From NCBI GenBank assembly GCA_964016885.1, contig OZ024742.1, positions 334,490,001 to 334,554,000 of the forward strand: a DNA stretch of 64,000 bases, read 5' to 3'. This document shows, in pieces, positions 25,229-37,112 of this stretch (position 1 is the stretch's first letter; each line of letters starts with the position of its first letter). Under the pieces are notes generated by a model. The model saw only the letters and a program-made list of their open reading frames with translations, did not search any database and was not told the origin of the DNA. Position numbers and translations under genes: made by a program. Source of the DNA: Eledone cirrhosa (taxonomy: Eukaryota).

Positions 25229-25476
25229 ATGTCGTTTTATTACTTTTACTGTCTACATGATATGCGAAATGGCTGATAATATAAGGCTTATGAATCAATC
25301 GTGCTACTTTAGAATGTTTGTATTGAATCGTCCTTTATGCATGTTTGTGTATGTGGCTACTGCATAAAAATCTGAGGCTACGGATTACTTGAGGTAGAAT
25401 GAAATAGTCATTTACTGTAGATACTCCGAGATACAGGTATGATTATATATTAAATAAAAGCAATAACAAACAGAAA

Positions 25477-25548
25477 TAGCCGTGTCTAGTTTCGATCTAC
25501 GGAACTCGCGGTTATGGGCCCAACATGCTTCCACTGCCCCACTCTGCT
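25477..25548 (-). pseudogene. tRNA-iMet variant, inverted paralog of 866-937
   Basis: Shares diagnostic variants GGGGCAG and AACCGCGAGTTCC. Confidence 0.82.
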
Positions 25549-25624
25549 GACTGATGAGAAATGTGACGTTGAATGGAGAGTGATATGACATGTTACTACT
25601 TTTACTTTATAAACTAGTTCACAT

Positions 25625-25830
25625 TGATATTGCTGGCTATATCCAGGGATCTTTTGTGTGAGATTTCTCTTGATACCATTTACTGTGATGTTTCGAGGCA
25701 AGGGATGCTCTTTCACACAGCCAATCCACGTTGAAATGGGGGATTTTTGAAATTGTGTAACATTTGATTAATAAAGCTTACAACTCTTTCAACAACAGTA
25801 CAATGTGATGAAGAATCAAAGCAACATTCA
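25625..25830 (-). pseudogene. Helitron helicase fragment (inverted paralog of 595-790)
   Basis: Reverse-complement match; the ORF track shows ITVNGIKRNLTQKIPGYSQQY. Confidence 0.7.
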
Positions 25831-26600
25831 GTATCAAGGGATTGTTTTTCTAGAAATATAAACGGCTGAGAGATGCTTATCTTAAACACCGAAGGTGTCG
25901 GAAGTCAGATGAGTTGTAAACCCATGAAAAAAGCCTAGGAAAAAACCTTCTTTCAGTATCTCTAGCTGAGATGTGATATCTGTAACTTCCAGGTTACCCC
26001 TCACTCTACCTCACATCTGTTTTGAGAAAAAGAAGTCGTTGGCGAGTGAGTTTGTGGTCTGATTGATAGAAAACTGTCGAACAAACCTGGAAAAAAAACA
26101 TTCCCAAATCTCTGAGTCTAGGAAAATCAGAGGTGTAACCATTCACCCACCTCCACTTTACTAATTATATATCACCTGTGTTAGCCACATCGTCGGTCAT
26201 ATTTCAGTTTTGTAGCAAATATGGCAGTATCAGAACGATTGTTGACGTATTTACACACACACGTTTTAGGTTCCTCTCTCGGCCCACCCTATTATATTTT
26301 CGAATTTTGGGATACCATAAAGAAAATCTACACCTCTTTAGCGTACGGATTTGATTGACAAAACACAGAATCGTAGAAGCTGCACCTTACTGTTGGCGTC
26401 TGATCATCAACTGTGTTAGTTCAGAATGATTTTATTGAATTATCGATTACACATTTCTCTCCTTTGAAATGTAACAACTATATTAATAGGAGAGTCTACA
26501 CATTACATGTGACAGAATGAAATTCTCACTTAATGAAGATATTCTGGAATAGGGACGGGAATTTAGATTTATGAAACTAAAAGACAATAAAATGGTTAAA

Positions 26601-26672
26601 TAGAAGAGCGTAGTTTCGATCTACAGACCTCTGGGTTATGGGCCCAGCACCTTTCCACTGCGCCACTCTGCT
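26601..26672 (-). pseudogene. tRNA-iMet variant (5'-clipped paralogs at 39960, 51685, 63291)
   Basis: CAT retained; 4 substitutions. Confidence 0.75.
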
Positions 26673-26801
26673 GACAGAAAAGTGATTTGACGATTTAGTT
26701 TATGAACTAGGATACATTGATAGTATTGCATCAGGGATTAAACCTCATTTTTCTCTCTGTGTTTGAATATATCAGAACAGAGAATACTGAAACAGTATTA
26801 A

Positions 26802-27879
26802 TCTATATATATAAAACTGTGGTTGTCTGTCTGTCTATCGATTTTTGGCACACATCTCCTCTTAGAATCTCTCACGGAATTGCGCCGAAATTGCTATACT
26901 TGTACATTGAGCCCTAGCGAAGACATCGGAAAAAAAAATTTCAAATTGACCCACCCTATGTGACGAAATCGAATATAATGTATCGATTTTTGAGCGTAAG
27001 TGATCAGTTATTTCCCTTTGTTCTGTTTACATTGAGCGTCTTACGTAAAAAATTACGCTGGCTTTCTCAGTCTTTGTTAATAAATAACCAGTGCAGTTTT
27101 TTATCCCCAGCATCCTCTTTTGTTATAACATTCGGGTTATCGTTATGTTTTCTTAACTTCATAAGGCATATTGTTGGTTGAGGGAATATTAATCAAAAAC
27201 ACCACATGCAAGTCTGCACAGTAGACACTACAGTTTTTAAGCCAAAAAAGAAACTTAACATTGTAACTTTAACACAGCTACTGAGCGACCCCGTTTTGCT
27301 TCATTTCCATTTAAAAGCATTTTAAAACAATATTTTTACTTGAAAACAAGTCTATTTAAAGACTACGTAAAACAAGCAAATATTTCGTCGTTAGGCGTGC
27401 AGACAGACAGTCGTGCAGACAGACAGTCGTGCAGAGAGGTGATATACGCGTGCAGACAGACAGTCGTGCAGAGAGGTGATATAGGCGTGCAGACAGACAG
27501 TCGTGCAGAGAGGTGATATAGGCGTGCAGACAGACAGTCGTGCAGAGAGGTGATATAGGCGTGCAGACAGACATAACTGATAATTTGGTTACGCTAATGT
27601 TTTTCTCTGCGTTGCAGTGTTTACATTTTCGATCTTTGTTAATAAATAACCAGTGCAGTTTCTATCCCCAAGCATCCTCTTTTGTTATAACATTCGGGTT
27701 ATCGTTATGTTTTCTTAACTTCATAAGGCATATTGTTGGTTGAGGGAATATTAATCAAAAACACCACATGCAAGTCTGCACAGTAGACACTACAGTTTTT
27801 AAGCCAAGAAAGAAACTTAACATTGTAACTTTAACACAGCTACTGAGCGACCCCGAGCAACGCCGGGCTTTACTGCTAG
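26802..27879 (+). mobile_element. non-autonomous Helitron with internal minisatellite and duplication
   Basis: A|TCTATATATATAAAA...CCCGAGCAACGCCGGG...CTAG|T; empty site CAGTATTAA|TTAATG at ~29643-29657. Confidence 0.92.
27394..27572 (+). repeat. 37-bp minisatellite GGCGTGCAGACAGACAGTCGTGCAGAGAGGTGATATA, ~4.5 copies
   Basis: Directly visible. Confidence 0.92.
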
Positions 27880-28554
27880 TTAATGATAAAGTTAGTGGTT
27901 ATTGCGGAAATAAAATCTCTTACACTTAAATATCCTTATATAAGATGTGACTGGTAGATATACGATATTTAACGTTCTAGAGAGTTGATGATTTCTGTGG
28001 GTCTTTTTCGTTATTTCAAAGCCTTCTTTGTAGTTTCAAAGTATGTGTGTAAATTATGAAATGTTCAACAGGCAGGCACACAGGCACATAAAAATCACAC
28101 CTGAAGTTGAAATAATACTGCTTATAAACCGGACTATATTTAAGCAAATATAAGTATACACACCTTGCTATACTTAACAGAAATAATGTCATTGGTACCA
28201 ATTGAAAAATCTAGAGTGTTAATTTGTACATAGTATGTATATTTCTTGATTCACTTGGTGGATATAAAAGAGGAAAACTATACAAGTTTTACTTGAGCAA
28301 GAACTTGAGCGAGAAACCTTGGCATTATTGGAGTTGTACGATTTTGTTGACGGTAGTTCCTCAAATTTACTAGTTTAGATTGCTTGTAATGACGTATCAA
28401 TTACATATCTGACTGTGTTGAAATGTGACAACTATATACAAGGAAGTGACTACACAATATAGGTGATACAATGAAATTAAATGTTTATTTAATGGAGATA
28501 CTCCATGATAGAGATGTGATTACATATTTAAACAAAACAATTAAAAAATACCAA

Positions 28555-28624
28555 TTGCAGAGCGTAGTTTCGATCTACGGACCTCTGAGTTATGGGCCCA
28601 GCAAGCTTCCACTGCCACTCTGCT
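28555..28624 (-). pseudogene. tRNA-iMet pseudogene with 2-nt D-stem deletion (copies at 40456, 52181, 63787)
   Basis: CCACTGCCACT instead of CCACTGCGCCACT. Confidence 0.82.
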
Positions 28625-28868
28625 GGTGGTACAAATTCCACGTTACTTATATTGTCCTAATTATATCCGAGGTGACTGATTGAAAATATAAAGTTTAACC
28701 ATCAATTGTGCTAGTTTAGAATGTTTGTACTGAATTATACATTACACATGTCTGTCTGTTGAAATGTGGCAACTGCATAGAAACATAAGGTTACACACTA
28801 CATTTAGTGTAGATGCAGCGTGAGACATGCGTGATTCGATATTTAAAAAAAACGGTAATGAACACATA

Positions 28869-28940
28869 CAGCAGAGACTAGTTTCGGTTTAGGGAGGTCT
28901 CTGTTATGTGCCCAGAACGCCTCCAGTATGTCACTTTGCT
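28869..28940 (-). pseudogene. degenerate tRNA-iMet (copies at 40770, 52495)
   Basis: Outline and CAT recognisable. Confidence 0.7.
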
Positions 28941-29003
28941 GACTGGATAGTGATATGACGTTTTACTTCTTTTACTTTATAAACTAGGTTATATTGATAA
29001 TAC

Positions 29004-29200
29004 TGGCTCCCTCCGGGTATCATTTGTCAGGGTTTTATTTGATGGTGGCATTTACTGTGATGTGTTCGGGGGCCAAGCGTGGTTCTTTCATACAGGCACT
29101 CGTCGTTGAAATGGTGGAATTCGAAATTGTGGAACATTTGAGTAATTAGGCTTACAATATTTTCAACAACAATACAAAGTGAATAAGGATAAAATATATT
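29004..29200 (-). pseudogene. diverged Helitron helicase fragment (copies at ~40904, ~52629)
   Basis: Homologous to 25625-25830. Confidence 0.62.
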
Positions 29201-29447
29201 CTACAGTATCAAGGGAATGCTTTTCTATAAATTTAAACGGCTTAGGTTCCACCTAGGTTGACTGCTGAACCTCAACTCTGCTACTTTAGATTTTTGTATT
29301 GACTTATCCATTACAATGTACTGACTTATCCATAAATAAAAGGGAGAGACTACACATGATATGTGATAGAATGAAATTTTCAATTTGTGTAGATTCTGCA
29401 AGGTACGTATGGGATTATATATTTAAAAAACAATAAAAAGATATAAA

Positions 29448-29519
29448 TAGCAGAGCGTAGTTTCGATCTACGGACCTCTGGGTTATGGGCTCAGCACGCT
29501 TCCACTGCGCCACTCTGCT
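29448..29519 (-). tRNA. tRNA-iMet(CAT), one anticodon-stem substitution
   Basis: CTGAG instead of CTGGG. Confidence 0.75.
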
Positions 29520-30046
29520 GACTGAAAATTTAATGTGACGTTTTAGTTTATGAACTAGGGCACATTGATAGTATTGCATCATGGATTAAACCTTATTGTT
29601 CTCTCTGTGTTTCAATATGTCAGAACAGAGAGAAAACAGAAACAGTATTAATTAATGTTAATTTAGTAGTTATTGAGAAATAAATCTCGTAGACACAAAT
29701 TTCCTTATGTACGATGTGACAGGTAAATATACGATGTTTAACATTCTACAGAGCTGATGATTTCTGTGGGGCTTTTTCCTTATTTCAAAGTCTTCCTTGC
29801 AGTTTCAAAGTATTGGTGTAAATTATGAAATTTACAATTTGCGATTCTGTTTATGCTAGTTCCTCAAATGTACTAGTTTAGATTGCTTGTAATGACGTAT
29901 CAATTACATATCTCAGTGTTAAAATGTGACAACTATATACAAGGGGGATGATACAAAATGTATGTGATAAAATAAAATGTCTATTTAATGGAGATACTCC
30001 ATGATACAGTTGTGATTATATATTTATATAAAAACAGAAGTTCAAA

Positions 30047-30118
30047 TAGAAGAGCGTAGCTTCGATCTACGAACATCTGGGTTATGTTCTCAGCACGCTT
30101 CCACTACGCCACTCTGCT
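30047..30118 (-). pseudogene. tRNA-iMet pseudogene (copies at 41783, 53673)
   Basis: Anticodon stem broken. Confidence 0.78.
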
Positions 30119-30724
30119 GGTGGTATACATTCCTCGTTTATTACTTATAGTGTCTTAATTATATCCGAGGTGATTGATTGAAAATATAAAGTTTAACCCT
30201 CAATTGTGCTGCTGGTTTAGAATGTTTGTGTTCCGTTATTTGAAAGCCTTCTACGTAGTTTCAAAGTATGGGTGTAAATTATTGAATTTACAATACACAG
30301 ACACATAGGCACAAGTTCAGAGCCGAAGTTTAAATAATACTGCTTATGAACCTCTCTATATTTCAGCATATATAAATAGACAACTTGTTATACTTAACGG
30401 AAATAATAGACTACTTCAATGTTGCGAATTATAAAAGCTATAGCGTGTTAATGATAGATAGTATGTATATTTTTATTATAGATTTGGATATAAAAGACAA
30501 AAAACCATTACAAGTTTTAACAGAACAATCACTTGATTGTTATTCTGTGTTAGTTTAGATTGCTTGTATTAAATTATCCATTATATATATATATCACTGT
30601 GTTGAAATGTGACAACTATATAAAAAGAGGAGACTACACATGACATGTGAATGAATTTTCACTTTCTGTAGCTTCTGCGAAATTCAAATTGGGTTATATA
30701 TTAAAAAACAAAAAGCAATACAAT

Positions 30725-30796
30725 TAGCAGAGCGTAGTTTCGATCTACGGACCTCTGGGTTATGGGCCCAGCACGCTTCCACTGCGCCACTCTGCT
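30725..30796 (-). tRNA. initiator tRNA-Met(CAT), perfect consensus
   Basis: Exact consensus; oligo-T terminator downstream. Confidence 0.97.
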
Positions 30797-30894
30797 GACT
30801 GTAAAACTTTACAAATTTTAGTGACTGTATTAGACTAGATTACATTTATTGCATCGTCTATCACATATTATTGATCTCTGTTTCTTTTATTATT

Positions 30895-31435
30895 TGTTCA
30901 AATCCCTTGAGTTCAATCCCGCCGAGGTTAGCTTTGCCTTTCATCCTTACTAGGTCGATAAGATAAAGCACCAGTAATGCACTGGGGTCGATTTAATCGA
31001 CTGTCCAACCTCCCCAAATTAATGGCTTTGTGTTTATAGTAGAAATGATTATTCAACTTAATACTCTAAACATGACACATGTATAGTGCAAGGCAAATCA
31101 TCCCTTTTCTAAATAATAATTGTTTCTACTTTTGGCACAAGGCCAGCAATTATCCATTGGTACTTTATTTCAACGACCCCATAAGGATGAAAGGCAAAGT
31201 TAACCTCGGTGGGATTTGAACTCAGAATGGCGTTCGATCCTCTACCGATGCTGCCAATTCTAATTGAGGCTCAAGTCTGAAATTTAGCGGGGAGGGGGAA
31301 TGTTGATTAAACTATACTCACTACTTAACTATTACTTTATTTTATCAACACTAGAAGGATGAAATGCAAAGTCGGCCTTGTTGCCCTTTGAGCTCAGAAC
31401 GTAAAGAGCCGGGATTAAACACCGCAACTTGGTTT
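30895..31435. mobile_element. cluster of three SINE family A fragments (+,-,-); repeated at ~42630-43170 and ~54520-55060
   Basis: GCCTTTCATCC / GGATGAAAGGCAAAGT cores. Confidence 0.8.
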
Positions 31436-32052
31436 GTTAGAACTTTATTCTGCTTAACCACAACTACCAATATTTAAAGGAAATAAAGAAATACATTCTT
31501 ACATCATGCAAATTGTAATACATATAGTTCTCTTATTTATATACATTTTGTATAGATTTTTTGATTAACTGTGTAGATCTTTACATACCAAAAAAGAAAA
31601 ATATACACATTTTAGCAGAGATTTTTCCTTTATATTAATTCATTGTCTAGATGTTTGGATAGAAAAAAGAAGCAACACATACACGTATTTTTAGAGAAAT
31701 GGTTAGATCTACACACCTAGGTTTTATGGGAGCTCTACGATTCTGATGACGGCTGTGCCGTATATATTATTGGTATTGAATTATCCATTACATATCTCTC
31801 ACTCTTTTCACAAGTATAATGAAAGGAAAGTCTGCAAAAAATATGTGATAAAATGAAATGAGTATTTAGTGTAGTTACTCCGAAATACAAACGGGATTAT
31901 ATAGTTAAAATAAATAGAAAAAAAAAAACAAACAGCAGAGTAGTAGTTTCGATTTATATTAAAAGGAGAATCTACTAAATGTTTATTTAGTGAAGACACT
32001 CCAACAAAGGGATGGGATTGTATTTTAGAAAATAAACAACAAAAGCAGTAAA

Positions 32053-32124
32053 TAGCAGAGCGTAGTTTCGATCTACAGACCTCTGCGTTATGGGCCCAGC
32101 ACGCTTCCACTGCGCCACTCTGAA
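32053..32124 (-). pseudogene. tRNA-iMet variant (copies at 43789, 55680)
   Basis: 5' end altered; stem mismatches. Confidence 0.78.
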
Positions 32125-32251
32125 GGATGACTTAACATTGTACTATTTTGAATTTATGAAGTAGGTTACATTGATATTATAACATCATAGATTAAAAGTT
32201 ATTTTTCTTTATGTTTCAATATAACAGAACATTGGGAAACGTGATCAATAC

Positions 32252-32436
32252 GGCGGTGAATTGGCAGTATCGGTAGAGCGTCGGACATGCTTTCCAGCAT
32301 TGTTACGTCCCTTTACGATCTGAGTTCAAATCCGGCCGAGGTTAACTTTGCCTTTCATGCTTACGGGGGTCGATAAAATAAACTACCAGTAATGTACTGG
32401 TTAATTGCTGGCCTTGTGCCTAAAATAATAACAATT
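32252..32436 (+). mobile_element. SINE family A, full length (copies at 43988, 55879)
   Basis: GGCGGTGAATTGGCAGTATCGGTAGAGCG...GAGTTCAAATCC...GGCCTTGTGCC. Confidence 0.9.
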
Positions 32437-32495
32437 ATTACGTTCCCTTAGTGGATATTGAGTTTGTACTGGAAATATTCTCTTGAATTCTCATT

Positions 32496-32548
32496 TCTAC
32501 GGACATCAGGGTGATGGGCCCTGCACGGTTCCAATACGCCACTCTGCT
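32496..32548 (-). pseudogene. 3'-truncated tRNA-iMet
   Basis: 5' two-thirds only. Confidence 0.7.
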
Positions 32549-32766
32549 GACGGTATTGGTAAGACGCTTCCGAAAACTATTGTTAGATTCGCATTTCCTT
32601 ATACACGAGGTGACGGATAATATATATGTTTAACATTCTCCAGATGATTTCTGGGGTTCGTTTATTTCGTTATTTTCAAAACCTTCGTTGTTTCAAAGTA
32701 TGGGAGAAAATTATTAAATTTACAACACACAGTTACGCAGACAAATCAGATCTGAAGTTTGAATAA

Positions 32767-32932
32767 TTGTTTCTATTTTTGGCACAAGGCCAGCAACTAT
32801 CCCAGTGTATTACTGGTACTTTATTTTATCGACCCCGTAAGGACGAAAAGCAAAGTTAACTTCGGCGGGATTATAACACTATGCTGAAAAGCATAGCGTC
32901 CGACCCTCTACCGATACTGCCAATCCACCGTC
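32767..32932 (-). mobile_element. SINE family A (copies at ~44500, ~56393)
   Basis: Same core; 12-nt deletion relative to the paralogs. Confidence 0.88.
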
Positions 32933-33159
32933 CTTAGTTATCCACTGCTTTATATTTCAGGAAATAATAATGAGACACATAACATACTTAATGGAAATAA
33001 TTAAATAACAATATTTCAATTGCACGAATTATAAATAAATATATTTCTGATGCGGTATATAGTTACTTTCGAAAGAATGAAATAGTCATTTACTGTAGAT
33101 ACTCAGAGAGACAGGTATGATTATATATATAAAAAAATGAATAAATAAACGAACATATG

Positions 33160-33231
33160 TAGTAGTACAAAGTTTCGATCATCGGACCTCTGGATTATGG
33201 GCCCAGCACCTTGCCACTGCGCCACACTGCT
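33160..33231 (-). pseudogene. tRNA-iMet pseudogene (copies at 44907, 56798)
   Basis: CAT retained; 3' end degenerate. Confidence 0.75.
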
Positions 33232-33967
33232 GACTGTAAATTGTCGTGACTTTTTATTGCTTTGAATTTATGATCTAGGTTATATTAATAGTATTGCATC
33301 ATAGATTAAACGTTATTTCTTTGTATTTCAATATTTCAGAAAATAGTGTAACGTGAAACAATAGAAATGATTGCGTTCATTTAGTGGTTATTGAGGTTTC
33401 ACGGGAAATAATCTCTTGGATTCAAGTTTTCTTATAGTTGAGGCGACGGGTAGAATATACACCGTTTAACATTCTACAGAGGTGATGAATTCTGGGGAAT
33501 TTTGTTTCGTTATTTTCAAGACCTTCGTAGTAGTTTCAAAGTATGGGTATAAATTATTAAATTTACAACACAGACACACGGACAAACCGACAAATCACAT
33601 CTACAGTTTAAATAATACTGCTTCTCCAATGTCATATATTTCAGGAAATAATTAAGAGAAACTTTACAATATTAACAGAGATAAATATATGTTATTTCAT
33701 CGAATGTAAAATATATAGATATTTTATTCTACATAGTATATATATATATATATTTGTTGATTCATTGTCTAGACTTTCGGATACCAAAAATGAACAAAAT
33801 ACACAGGTTATAATAGACAAAAGATTTGACCGACAAACCTTCGAATTATGGGAGTTGTTGGATTCTCTTGACGGCTGTGGTGTATATATTACTTGTATTC
33901 AATTATCCATTATATCTCTCCCTTTTGAAATGTGATAACTATATAAACGGAGGGGACTATACATTGT

Positions 33968-34211
33968 GTGGCAGCTCACACCTATGCAGGTCTAGGTGGC
34001 CTCCTCCAAGGTATATAACGTTGGAGGTGACTTGTGTGATTTAATGATAGGGACCCCAGTCCTATCATCTCATTTCTACACTGTGTAAACTGGAGCAACG
34101 TGAAATAAAGTGTCTTGCTCAAGGAAACAACACATCATCCGCTCCGAGAATTGAACACACCACCTTTCTATTGCAAGCCCAATGCTCTATTCACTAAGCC
34201 ATGCGCCTTCA
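33968..34211 (-). mobile_element. second tRNA-derived SINE family (CORE/V-like); copies at 45715-45958, 57606-57850
   Basis: Minus strand: GGCGCATGGCTTAGTG A box, GTGTTCAATTC B box, CCTTGAGCAAGACACTTTA core. Confidence 0.75.
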
Positions 34212-34744
34212 CTGTATACGATGCCTGTATTAAATTATCCATTATATCTCTCTCCCTTTTGAAATGTGATAACTATATAAAAGGAGGAGACTCCACATTA
34301 TATGGGATAAAATCAAATCAATTTGTGTGGATATTACGAGGTATATATGGAATCATATAATTAAAAGAACAAAAAATTACAAATAGCAGAGCGTAGTTTC
34401 GTTTTTCGGAACTCTTTGTGGGCGCAGTACGTTTCAACTGTGTCACACACCTGGCAGTTTTAATAGGACGTTGTATTACATTTAGTGACTGTCCACCATT
34501 AGATTGATAATAGTCATTTAGTGTAGATACTCTAGTGAATATATCAGAACATATGGTAACGTGAAACAATATAGACTATTATGTTCATTTAGTGGATACT
34601 AGCAGAATCGCCCGGCGTTGCTCTGGATTTGCTCTAGGGTTCTTATATATTTGATATATATTTATGCTTATCAAGCCTCGTGATATAAATATGTTTGTTT
34701 ATGGTTTGATATTGTGTATGCAAAAATATCTGTACACGAATATA

Positions 34745-34918
<174 letters not shown>

Positions 34919-35292
34919 AAAATAACAGATTATAGTTTAATCAAAGAATCACTGCTGTCACTCTTAACGGGATCTTCTGAAACTAAATAAATCTATCTGT
35001 TAACGCAGAAGTATATATTTCGTAAAATGTTACACACTATATATATATAGATATACACAAACTATATATACATATATACGCACACACAGATAGCGACGTC
35101 ATAATGTCGTAATGCAGACAGATATTATAAGGGCGCAACGTTTTATCTATGTATCTATCTAAAAAGAAAATCTAAGAATTATAGAGAGAGATCGCTAAAT
35201 CGCCTAATGCGGTCCCTAGGATATTGAAATTTTTGAAATGTTTGCTAAAAAAACTCACAGGACTATAAGTATTGTCACAGTACCATAAGTAT

Positions 35293-36878
35293 GTCATCTA
35301 CATATCACCCGATATGTCGATGACATACTCATCCTTACATCATCCCGTGAGGAGGCGGATAAAATATACACAAAATTCTCCAGCATGGACGCCAGTATAA
35401 AGTTCAGCATGGAACACCCCGATGACCACGGATCCCTATCTATACTGGACTTCCAACTCAGGGTAAGAGAGGAAGGCAACATCCACACTTGCTTCTATAA
35501 AAAAGCCGCCATCAGTGACCTGTTCGAACATTTCAGATCGGCCCTCCCAGCCAGCGCTAAGTTCGGATACATAAGGAACGAACTACACGTATCCCGAACA
35601 AATGCACCGACGCTAGAGACCGAGACACACACACCACACATTTCCTGGAAGTACTCAAACTGAATGGATACACGACATCCACCACAAACCGTGCCAGAAA
35701 GAACAGAGGACACCACACCCGAGGCACTAACACTTGCTTCCTGAAGCTCCCACACTTCAGTGACGAAACAACAACAGCCATCCGCAGAGCTATCAGACGA
35801 GAGGGACTAGATATCCAACTGGCCCACTGAGGTCCTTCCCTATGCGGACAGCTAACCAAAAGACACTCCACCAGACATGACAATTGCTGCAGGCTAGCCA
35901 ACTGCCCCATCAACGACACAAACCTATGCCACCAGGCTTACGTCGTATACAGACTAGAGTGCGACAAATGCAGCAACTTCTACGTAGGTAGCACCACCAG
36001 ACCACTCCACATAAGAATAAAAGAACACCTCAATACCAACGCTTCCTCATTTAAGAAACACCTAGTTAAATGCAAAAACACCGACAAAACCATAACAGTT
36101 ACGATAGAAACTAAGGAAAGAAACCTCGGCAATCTTAGAATTAAGGAAGTACTAATTATAGACAAAACACAACCACCAATCAATAATCGACGAGAACTCA
36201 ACACCCAATATATAACTTGATATAGCATCTAGCCCCATATTTATACCCCCCCCCCCTTCCACACACACGCACACACTCACACACACACACACTTATACCT
36301 CCACTTATTCTCTCACACACACACATACACACACAAAGACCAGTTCTAACACGAGATAATATTTATCCCCCACATATACGTATAGACATATCTTCTCACA
36401 TACACACACACATACTTACACCTCACACATTCTCCCACGTACTTAAACAGGCATGTACAAAAAAAAAACCCTTTTAAATGGAGACTACTCTTTATCCACC
36501 TAACCTTGACTCTTCGACATTAGAGATAGAACAGATACTCTATACCATTTCCTGTCAGTATGACTTGGCAAGCTATTTAGAACACTGGTTTAACCGCTTT
36601 TCTTCCTTCCGAAGAAGAAATATTTTCTCAAACATTAAGGATATTTAAATAAAGATACTCTATACCATTTCCTGTCAGCATGACTTGGCAAGCTATTTAG
36701 AACACTGGTTTAACCGCTTTACTTCCTTCCGAAGAAGAAATATTTTCTCGAACATTAAGGACATTTAAATAAATCTAAGGTAAAAGACTAATTGTCAACA
36801 ATATCTTTTGCATTTGCATTCTATATTCTATGTCCATACCTGCATTGTTTTGGCTTTATTATACATATACAAACGTTT
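35293..36878 (+). mobile_element. 5'-truncated Penelope-like retroelement (RT C-terminus, GIY-YIG endonuclease, 3' repeat)
   Basis: RYVDDILIL, IKFSMEH, SLSILDF, FYKK, LKLNGY, CCRLANCP, VVYRLECDKCSNFYVGSTTRPLHIRIKEH. Frameshift at ~35587, in-frame TGA at 35828, stop at 36218-36220; ends in (TA)n. Confidence 0.95.
36533..36772 (+). repeat. two 120-bp direct repeats at the PLE 3' end, each with a degenerate hammerhead motif
   Basis: Units 36533-36652 and 36653-36772; motif TCCTT CCGAAGA AGAAATATTTTCT C(G/A)AAC ATT AAGGA. Confidence 0.85.
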
Positions 36879-36881
36879 ATA

Positions 36882-36918
<37 letters not shown>

Positions 36919-37045
36919 GTGAGGTTTTTTTTTACAAAATGAAAAATAACCGAGGTGTCCTACACGAGTGAAAGTATAAAATATATATATTTAAAAAAAA
37001 AAAAATAAGACTCCAGTTGCATTTTCGATTTCATCTCTTTTTCTT

Positions 37046-37108
<63 letters not shown>

Positions 37109-37112
<4 letters not shown>

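Larger units (their letters stand above)
1..26300. repeat. mosaic inverted duplication centred near 14.7-15 kb
   Basis: Reverse-complement pairs: 1-1190/25230-26295, 1640-1860/24766-24980, 1870-2950/22270-23510, 5520-6820/18420-19680, 8340-8500/16680-16850, 8810-9170/16070-16400. tRNA strand switches at the centre. Confidence 0.88.

Noticed and set aside
35828-35830. In-frame TGA in the PLE ORF as selenocysteine
   Set aside because: It is not in an evident Cys motif (LAH*GPSL), the ORF is also frameshifted, and I saw no SECIS; a nonsense mutation is more likely.
35294-36228. Minus-strand ORFs over the PLE (and the 37679 + ORF)
   Set aside because: They are antisense shadows of the RT/GIY-YIG frame.
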